Origin: Planctomycetota bacterium | Lineage (GTDB): Bacteria > Planctomycetota > GCA-002687715 > CAIWVZ01 | Assembly (NCBI GenBank): GCA_044222185.1 | Contig: JBGANV010000001.1 | Coordinates: forward strand, 576,001 to 640,000 | DNA length: 64,000 nt | Reading direction: 5' to 3' | Shown: in pieces, positions 12,153 to 19,227 of the stretch | Position numbering within the stretch: position 1 is the stretch's first letter | How the letters are laid out: each line of letters starts with the position of its first letter | Made by a program: the position numbers and the translations under genes | Notes under the pieces: generated by a model | Database searches by the model: none | What the model saw: the letters and a program-made list of their open reading frames with translations, nothing else | What the model was told of the DNA's origin: nothing

Positions 12153-13153
12153 GCGAGATTCAAAGAGACGTGACCCGATGCCTGGCCCTGGTGACCCTGG
12201 CGCGGCAGTTCCCCGGCATCACCGTCGCCGAGCTGGCGCGTCGGGCCCACGTGCCGGAGGACCAGGTCCGTGAGGATCTCTTCTCGACGTTGCTCATGTG
12301 CGGCGTTCCGCCGTACTTCCCCCACGACTACGTCTCGTGCACGCTCGAGGGCGATCGTGTCACGGTGCACTTCGCCGATCAGTTCAAGCGCCCGATCAGC
12401 CTGACGGCCCTCGAGGCGCTGAGCTTGAAGATCGCGCTCGAAAGCCTTTCGCTGCCGGGGCAGGGACTGCCGCCGGCCGCACGTCGGCTCCTCACGAAGA
12501 TCGAGAACGCCATGGCGCCCCGCCAGCGGGCCAGCTTCCGCGCCATGGCGAGGCGCGTCGCCGCCGACATGGCCCGGCAGCAGGCGCCCGCCGTCGTCTC
12601 CCGCCTTCAATCGGCCATCGACACTCGCAACGAGATCGAGGTCGACTACTTCGCCCCAGGGCGGGAGGAGGCCGGCCGGCGCCGGATCGAGCCGCTGGGC
12701 CTCTACTCTCGGTGGGGCCGCTGGTATCTGGCGGCGCACGACGTCCAGAAGGACCGGACCATGTCCCTGCGCGTCGACCGCATTCTCTCGCTGATCGAGA
12801 CGGATCGGCGGTTTCGCGCCCGCAGCGGGTTCGACCTCGCCCGATACGTCGAGCAGGAGTCACTCCCCGCCGCCGGGGAACACGCGCACGCGCGCATCCG
12901 GCTTCTCGGGCACTCGGCGCGTTGGATGCGGGAGATCGCCGAAGGCGGCACGCTCGAGGAAACTCCCGACGGCGTCCGCTGGACTACGACCTTCGCCAGA
13001 CCGCGCGCCTTCGCCTCGTTTCTTCTCGGACTGGGCGCCGAGTTCGTCGTCGAGGAGCCGGCGGAGCTGAGGGACGCGGTGCTCGACGCGCTCCGCGCCG
13101 CACAGCGGACTCACGCCGCGTCCACAAGGTCCTCGACACAAGGGATGGGCTGA
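12149..13153 (+). CDS. pafC: WYL-domain transcriptional regulator, PafC-like
   Basis: ATG at 12149 (ATGA overlap). LLMCGVPPYFPHDY...RPISLT resembles PafC LWMCGLPGYSPGDL...RPLKLT. WYL domain RRIEP...WYLAAHD...LRVDRI. Confidence 0.82.
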   Translation: MSEIQRDVTRCLALVTLARQFPGITVAELARRAHVPEDQVREDLFSTLLMCGVPPYFPHDYVSCTLEGDRVTVHFADQFKRPISLTALEALSLKIALESLSLPGQGLPPAARRLLTKIENAMAPRQRASFRAMARRVAADMARQQAPAVVSRLQSAIDTRNEIEVDYFAPGREEAGRRRIEPLGLYSRWGRWYLAAHDVQKDRTMSLRVDRILSLIETDRRFRARSGFDLARYVEQESLPAAGEHAHARIRLLGHSARWMREIAEGGTLEETPDGVRWTTTFARPRAFASFLLGLGAEFVVEEPAELRDAVLDALRAAQRTHAASTRSSTQGMG

Positions 13154-13358
13154 GCGCGGGCGTCGAACGCAAGGGCTGGCGGTCCGAAGCCCCGCTCGCC
13201 CGAACGCGCGACCGGCGCCCAATCAGCCTGAAGGGCGCACCTTTTCACCGGGCGGGCTGGATCGCGGCAGCATTTCCCTGGGGTTGGCGTTCTACCTTCG
13301 GCGACCCAGAATCCACCGCGAATCCACAGTTGTTCTCCGTCTTGTGGGAGGTTGGAGC

Positions 13359-13387
13359 TTGACCACTACCGACCGGGGGCGTTTAAT
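13359..13387 (+). promoter_or_regulatory. Candidate sigma70 promoter for the TPR-dnaA-holB operon
   Basis: TTGACC-N17-TTTAAT, about 30 nt upstream of ATG 13417. Confidence 0.55.
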
Positions 13388-13416
13388 CTCGCCCTCCCGC
13401 AGGGAAATCCAACCCG

Positions 13417-16284
13417 ATGCCACGCCGTCTTCTCACCGTCATCGTCGGAATCGCCGGACTGCTCGCCGCCGCCTGCCACGCCCAGGAGTGGAGCGACGAC
13501 GCGCGCTCGCTCCTCGGCGAAGGACGACACCAGTCGGCGCTGCGCGTCGTGCGGGCGCACCTCGAGGGCTCCCCGTCGGATCCCGTCGCGCTGCAGCTGG
13601 TCACGGAGATCGCAGAGAACCTGGGGAAGTACGAGGAGGCGGATGCCGCTGCCATCGCCTGGGTGAAGGCCGAACCGAAGTCGCGCGACGCGCGCCTCGT
13701 TCGCGTCCGGCAGCTCTTGCGAAGCGGTGACCGTGCCGGAGCCAGGGCACTGCTCGCGCCCCTGCTCGCTCCCGTCCCCACGCCTGCGGACGACACGGTC
13801 GGATGGGACTACGAAGCTACGGCGATCGAAGGAGAGGTCCTCGCCGATACGGGCAGGGACGCGGAGGCGGAGACGGTCTTCGACCGTCTCGTCGACGACG
13901 CCAAGCGCGTCATCGTGAAGGCGCCACGGGACCTGGAGGCGCTCGCTCGTGCGTATCGCTTCTTCGGTCGCAAGTCCGGGGTCAAGGCCGCCGAACGCGC
14001 GCTCGTCGAGGCCCAGAAGTCCAAGGACTGTCCGGCGACTGCCGACCTCTTGCTCGCCGAGCTGTACCTGGACCGGGAGTACCTCGAGGGTGATGCCGTC
14101 GAAGAGACGAAGGCTGCGCTGAAGAAGCGGCCGGGTTGGATCGCTGCCTGGCTGCTTCAGGGGGCCGCCGCGACCCGGTGGGGCAAGAACGATCTCGCGA
14201 CACAGGCCTTCGCGTCGGCTGACGACATCGACCCGGATCACCCCGAGTCGCTTCGCCGCAAGGCAGCCATGGACCTGTCGGACTTCCGCATCCAGGCCGC
14301 CGAGGAGAAGCTCGAAAAGGCGACGAAAGTCAATCCGGCGGACAAGGAGACACTGTCGCTCCAGGCGTGCGCGGCCTACATGCGCGGCGAATCGAAGCGC
14401 GTGGACGAGATTCGCGCCCGCGTTCTCGCCATCGACCCGACCTACGGACGGTTCTACCGAACGATCGGGTCGGTCATGAACGAGCGCCGCCGGTGGCCCG
14501 AGGCGCTCAATCTGCTGCAGGAGGCCGTGAAGCTCGATGCGAAGGACCCCGCTCTGTGGGACGACCTCGCCCGGTATGCCTTCTGCCTCGGTCACAACGA
14601 TCTTGCCCGCGATGCCGCCACCAAGGCGGACGAGGCGGATGCCTTCAGCCACCCCTGGCGCACCAACACGTGGACGCTGCTGGGGTCGATCAAGAAGAAC
14701 TACAAGGACTTCACCACCGAGAGGTTCGTCGCACGCCTGAAGGCCTCCGATGCGCCGGCGCTCGAACGACAGATCCTTCCGTTCCTCGAGAAGTCCTACG
14801 GGATCCTCACGAGGAAGTACGGGTACGTCCCGGACGGCACGGAGGGTGCCGGCAGCCGCCTGATCGTGGAGGCGTTCGCGCGGCACGAGGACTTCTCCGT
14901 CCGCACGCTGGGCTTCAAGGGCCTGGGTGCAACGGGGGTCTGCTTTGGCCCCTTCATCGCCATGCTGGCGCCCAACGCCATGAAGCCGGGCGAGTTCTCG
15001 TGGGCTCGCACGTTCCATCACGAGTTCACGCACACCCTCACGCTCGGGTTGTCGAAGGGCCGCATTCCGCGATGGCTGACGGAGGGACTGAGCACCTACG
15101 AAGAGGCCCAGTTCGACCCGTCCTGGACGCGCGGGATGGACCGCGAGCTGTTCGACGCATACCACACGGGCGAACTGCTCAAGATCGTGGACTTCGACGC
15201 CGCGTTCCGGACTCCGCGAATCATCTACGCCTACTACCAGGGCGGGCTCGAGAGCGAGTACCTGGTCCGGACCTACGGGCTGGAGAAGGTCATCGAGTCG
15301 CTCCGGCTCTATGCCGAGGACCGAGGCTACGACGACGTCTTCCGGCGCGCCTTCAACACGACGCCGGGGGAGGTGGACGAGGGGTTCCGGAAGTTCGTCG
15401 CCGAGCGCATCAAGCCCATGCGGATGCAGCCGCGTTGGAGCCCAGCGGCCCGGGAGCGACTGGAGAAGGCCCGCAAGGAGAAGCCGAACGATCCCGAATT
15501 GCTCGTGAGCCTCGCCTGGGCCCGCATGCAGGCCGGTGCCCTGGCCGACTCGGAGGCCCTCATCGCCGAGGCGCAGAAGAAAGGGATCGCGGACCCGCGG
15601 CTGAAACTCCTCGAGGCCCGCATCGCTCAGCGGATGGAACGCTCGGACCGAGCCAAGGCCCTCCTCGAAGAGCTGGCTGCCGCCAATCTGGAGGACTACG
15701 ATCTCCTCCGGGAACTCGCCACGCGCGAGGCGCGGGCGTCGAGGAACGAGGAGGCCATGAAGCTCCTGCGCCGCGCCATTGCCGCGTTCCCAACGAACGC
15801 CGATCGGGACTCCCCGCGGCTCCAATTGGCGAGGATGCTCCGAGGCGGCGGCGAGGCGCAGGCGTCCATCGACATGCTGGAAGAGCACCTCTCGTTCCAG
15901 CCCGAGGACCTTCAGAGCCGACGGGCCGTGCTCGACTACTACCGCGCGAAGGAGAATGACGACTCCGCCCTCGCGCATCTCGAAAAATGGGTCCTCATCG
16001 ACCCGCTCGATTCCGGAATCCACCTCCAGAGGGGGGAGATCTACCGGAAGCGAAACCAACTGGACGCCGCTGCGCTGGCTGCTCAATGCGCCATCGACAC
16101 GGCGAAGCAACCGGGCGCCGAAGCCGACGCCCGCGTGCTGTATGCGGAGGTCCTCGTGAAGCAGGACCGGCCGAAGGACGCGCGCTTCCAGCTCGAGGCC
16201 GCCTTGAAGGTCGCGCCTCAGCACGAGAAGGCCCGCGAAGCCCTCGACAAGCTCGGGGGTGCTGGAATGGGAGACGGTAGATGA
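13417..16284 (+). CDS. Exported TPR-repeat protein with central peptidase MA-like (HExxH) domain
   Basis: Signal or lipobox LLAAAC, many TPR-like repeats, and FHHEFTH...IPRWLTEGLSTYEE (gluzincin-like HExxH...E). Confidence 0.8.
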   Translation: MPRRLLTVIVGIAGLLAAACHAQEWSDDARSLLGEGRHQSALRVVRAHLEGSPSDPVALQLVTEIAENLGKYEEADAAAIAWVKAEPKSRDARLVRVRQLLRSGDRAGARALLAPLLAPVPTPADDTVGWDYEATAIEGEVLADTGRDAEAETVFDRLVDDAKRVIVKAPRDLEALARAYRFFGRKSGVKAAERALVEAQKSKDCPATADLLLAELYLDREYLEGDAVEETKAALKKRPGWIAAWLLQGAAATRWGKNDLATQAFASADDIDPDHPESLRRKAAMDLSDFRIQAAEEKLEKATKVNPADKETLSLQACAAYMRGESKRVDEIRARVLAIDPTYGRFYRTIGSVMNERRRWPEALNLLQEAVKLDAKDPALWDDLARYAFCLGHNDLARDAATKADEADAFSHPWRTNTWTLLGSIKKNYKDFTTERFVARLKASDAPALERQILPFLEKSYGILTRKYGYVPDGTEGAGSRLIVEAFARHEDFSVRTLGFKGLGATGVCFGPFIAMLAPNAMKPGEFSWARTFHHEFTHTLTLGLSKGRIPRWLTEGLSTYEEAQFDPSWTRGMDRELFDAYHTGELLKIVDFDAAFRTPRIIYAYYQGGLESEYLVRTYGLEKVIESLRLYAEDRGYDDVFRRAFNTTPGEVDEGFRKFVAERIKPMRMQPRWSPAARERLEKARKEKPNDPELLVSLAWARMQAGALADSEALIAEAQKKGIADPRLKLLEARIAQRMERSDRAKALLEELAAANLEDYDLLRELATREARASRNEEAMKLLRRAIAAFPTNADRDSPRLQLARMLRGGGEAQASIDMLEEHLSFQPEDLQSRRAVLDYYRAKENDDSALAHLEKWVLIDPLDSGIHLQRGEIYRKRNQLDAAALAAQCAIDTAKQPGAEADARVLYAEVLVKQDRPKDARFQLEAALKVAPQHEKAREALDKLGGAGMGDGR

Positions 16285-17618
16285 TCGAAGTTCTCGTCGC
16301 GGAAACCTGGGACCGCGTGCGCGACGTGCTCCAGCGGGAACTCGGACCAAAGGTGTTCGAGTTGTGGTTCGGGCAGGCGCGCGTGATCCAGCTCCGCCGA
16401 GGCGTGATGTCGGTCGGCTTGCCGAACGACTTCGTTCGCGACTGGGTTCACGAGCATTATGGAGCGCTGTTGACGCGGCTTGCGTCCGACGCCGTCGGAT
16501 CCGAGATCCGCGTCGACCTCCTCGTCGATCCCGAGCTGACTCAACGGCTCCGTGAGCAGGCGACAGCGCACGTCGAGAACGAGGACGCAGAGCCCGTCGA
16601 CCCGACGGAAGGGAAGACCTTCGACAGTTTCGTCGTGACGGCCGGGGCCGAGCTCGCGGTTCGCGCGCTTCGCCACGTCGCCAAGCGCGCGCGGCCGGAT
16701 CTGAATCCACTCCTCGTCGTGGGACCGGAAGGCGTGGGCAAATCGCACCTCGCCTCCGCGGTCGTGTCGGCGTTCCCCCGACCGAGTCGAACGTTCCGTA
16801 TCGGCGGCGAGGAGTTCGCGCGTCGGTTCTCGTGGCACCTGAAGACGCGACGCATCGATGAACTTCGCAACCGGATCATCGGGAGCGACCTCGTGATCTT
16901 CGAGGACATGCAGGCACTCTCGGGCAAGGTGGCGACACAGCGCGAGATCTCCATGCTGGTGCAGAGTCTCGTGGCGCGTCGAAGCCAGGTCGTGCTCGTC
17001 TCCCGCGAGCATCCGGCGGAACTCGTGAGCCTGGAGCCCGGGCTCCATTCCGTGGTGATGTCGGGCATGATGGTCGAGGTGGCGCCGCCCTCGCGAGACG
17101 AGAAGGTGGCGATCCTCGAGCACATCTTCACGCAGGCGCATCGACGCGTGCCCCGCTCGGTGGTTGAACTCGTCGTCGACCGCCTGGATTCGAGCGTGAA
17201 ACGCCTCGATCGGGAGATCCGCAAGATCTACGCGTTCGCGGGACTCACGGGCGATGCGGTGACCGCCGATTGGCTCGATCGCCATGGACCGGCGTTGTCC
17301 GGACCGACGGACCCGGACCAGCGGCGATTCGAGACGATCCTTCGGGCAGTTCTCGACCACTTCGAGGTCGAGCGCGAAGCCCTCCTGTCCAAGCGGAAGA
17401 CGAAGTCGCTGGGCGTTCCGCGAGGCATGGTCGTCCACCTCCTGCGAGAACAGGCGGGGCTGACCTTCAAGGAGATCGGCCGGCTCCTCGGTGAGCGGAG
17501 CCACACCTCGGTCTACCTGCTGCACCAGAAGTTCGAGACCCGACTCACGGGCGAGCCCAAGCTCCAGCAATTTGCCAGGGAAGTGGGGCGCATGCTGGTG
17601 ACGGCGGGCACCGGCTGA
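16281..17618 (+). CDS. dnaA: Divergent DnaA paralogue (domains I, III and IV recognisable)
   Basis: Domain I WDRVRDVL...FELWF...PNDFVRDWV. TFDSFVV, NPLLVVGPEGVGKSHL (Walker A). Domain IV FKEIGRLLGERSHTSV. Confidence 0.85.
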   Translation: MIEVLVAETWDRVRDVLQRELGPKVFELWFGQARVIQLRRGVMSVGLPNDFVRDWVHEHYGALLTRLASDAVGSEIRVDLLVDPELTQRLREQATAHVENEDAEPVDPTEGKTFDSFVVTAGAELAVRALRHVAKRARPDLNPLLVVGPEGVGKSHLASAVVSAFPRPSRTFRIGGEEFARRFSWHLKTRRIDELRNRIIGSDLVIFEDMQALSGKVATQREISMLVQSLVARRSQVVLVSREHPAELVSLEPGLHSVVMSGMMVEVAPPSRDEKVAILEHIFTQAHRRVPRSVVELVVDRLDSSVKRLDREIRKIYAFAGLTGDAVTADWLDRHGPALSGPTDPDQRRFETILRAVLDHFEVEREALLSKRKTKSLGVPRGMVVHLLREQAGLTFKEIGRLLGERSHTSVYLLHQKFETRLTGEPKLQQFAREVGRMLVTAGTG

Positions 17619-17631
17619 GTCACACTGTGGC

Positions 17632-18762
17632 GTGAACTCCGCCACCGAAACCGCCCGGCGCTTCCTGTCAGACGTCATCGGCCATGACGACGTGGCGGAA
17701 CGCCTGCGGCTCCTCGTGGAGCGCGACCGCGTTCCGAACGGCATCCTCTTCGTCGGCGAGGAGGGGAGAGGCAAGCGAACGGTCGCGCATGCGTTCGCGC
17801 GAGAGCTCCTGGCGCGCGCCGCTCCCGCGGGGGCACGTCCCCGCGCAGAACGGGATGCCCGGGCCGGCACGCACCCTGGACTCGTTCACGTCGAGCCGCT
17901 GCGCGAGGAGCGCTTTCTGCCCGTCCGGCGGGTCCGCCGGCTCCTCGAATCGTGCTCGTTGAGTGTCGCCTTCGGCGACTTGCGAGTCGTGATCCTGGCG
18001 CGGCTGCATCTCCTGAATGAGGAGTCGGGGAACGCGCTGCTGAAGTTCCTGGAGGAGCCGCCACCGAAGACTCTCATCCTGGCGACGGCGCGCGATCCCG
18101 GAAGCGTTCTGGAGACGATCCGCTCCAGGCTTCAACTCGTTTCCGTCGGACCTCTGACCGAGGCGGAGGTTGCGCGCGTGCTCGAGCGCGCCGCGTTCCC
18201 ACCCGCCGACGCGCCGCTCCTCGCGTATCTGAGCCGGGGCGCTCCAGGGAACGCCTGGCGATTCCACCGCGGTGACCTGGAGGCCAGCCTGCTCGATCCG
18301 CTGAAGCGGTTGTTCAGCGGAGAGAGTCCGTTCGCCTGGGCTGAAGACCTGGTCAAGCGGGCGAAGGAGGAGGGTGGCGCGTACGCAGAGAGCCGGAACG
18401 ACGTGGGGCCCGAGGCGGCCGTTCGCGCTCTGCGCGAGCTTCGTTCCGCGCAGGAGCAGGAACTGGAGGACGAGCGCCGCAGCGAGTCCGGTCTGGAGGC
18501 GGCCAGGAACTGGCTCCGTCCGATCGTCGAAGCCGCCGGCTGCGTCATCCAGGAGGCGGCACGGGTTGCCGCGGGCGTTCCCCGCGATCGGACGACGCTT
18601 GTCTCGCGTGTCCTCTCCGACGATCCCGCGATCTTGCGAAGAACCGTTTCGGCGCTCCGAGGTTCGATGTCCGATGTGGTCGAGTGCCTTGAAAACCTCG
18701 ATCGCAACCTTACCCTCAACCTCGTCTTGGAGCAGCTGGCGATGCGACTGGGCGAGCCATGA
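17632..18762 (+). CDS. holB: DNA polymerase III delta-prime subunit-like clamp-loader protein
   Basis: DVIGHD, GEEGRGKR, NALLKFLEEPP, ETIRSRLQ, C-terminal NLNLVLEQL-type helix. Confidence 0.8.
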   Translation: MNSATETARRFLSDVIGHDDVAERLRLLVERDRVPNGILFVGEEGRGKRTVAHAFARELLARAAPAGARPRAERDARAGTHPGLVHVEPLREERFLPVRRVRRLLESCSLSVAFGDLRVVILARLHLLNEESGNALLKFLEEPPPKTLILATARDPGSVLETIRSRLQLVSVGPLTEAEVARVLERAAFPPADAPLLAYLSRGAPGNAWRFHRGDLEASLLDPLKRLFSGESPFAWAEDLVKRAKEEGGAYAESRNDVGPEAAVRALRELRSAQEQELEDERRSESGLEAARNWLRPIVEAAGCVIQEAARVAAGVPRDRTTLVSRVLSDDPAILRRTVSALRGSMSDVVECLENLDRNLTLNLVLEQLAMRLGEP

Positions 18763-18801
18763 CTCGCGGTCGACGCGCCGAAGTAGACACCGGCTCGTGA
18801 C

Positions 18802-19185
18802 ATGACCCCCAACAATCAGGTCGTGCAGACGATCGAAACGCTTGCGCGTGAGCGAGGGAGGTTCTCGCCGCAGGCCTATTTCTTCGTCCTCGAAGCGCTC
18901 AACTTCACGCTCGAGCGCTTGCACGCCAAGGGCCACAAGGGACACATCACCGGACAGCAGCTCCTCGAGGGGATCCGAGATTTCGCGCAGAAGAATTTCG
19001 GGTTCCTCGGTCGGGCCGTCTTCGAGTCCTGGGGCCTCACGCGCTCCATCGACTTCGGAGACATCGTCTTCGACCTCGTGTCGGTGCAGCTCCTCAGCAA
19101 GCAGGAGACGGACACGCGCGACGACTTTGCCGGCGGGTTCGAGTTCGCCTCCGCGTTCGAGGCTCGCTACGTCTACGAAGAGTGA
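18802..19185 (+). CDS. Minf_1886 family protein (largely PVC-restricted conserved hypothetical)
   Basis: AYFFVLEAL...HITGQQLLEG...FGFLGRAVFESWG...DFGDIVFDLV...DDF pattern, recognised from memory of this family. Confidence 0.75.
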   Translation: MTPNNQVVQTIETLARERGRFSPQAYFFVLEALNFTLERLHAKGHKGHITGQQLLEGIRDFAQKNFGFLGRAVFESWGLTRSIDFGDIVFDLVSVQLLSKQETDTRDDFAGGFEFASAFEARYVYEE

Positions 19186-19227
19186 GCGGGCTTCGCGGAT
19201 CGGGTCGCGAAGCCCGAACCGGGCCGC

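Noticed and set aside
11121-13153. WYL genes as regulators of a CRISPR or anti-phage island
   Set aside because: No defence genes nearby, and the paired N-terminal signatures fit PafB/PafC rather than BrxR/CapW.
13154-13416. oriC near the dnaA-like gene
   Set aside because: No perfect DnaA boxes, no AT-rich unwinding element and no dnaN/gyrB context.
13366-16710. 1114-aa minus-strand ORF, and similar long ORFs such as 1636-3156 (+), 6287-7885 (-) and 35793-37373 (-)
   Set aside because: Each lies antisense to a well-supported gene and has no recognisable motifs. Stop-free shadow frames are expected from high-GC codon bias.
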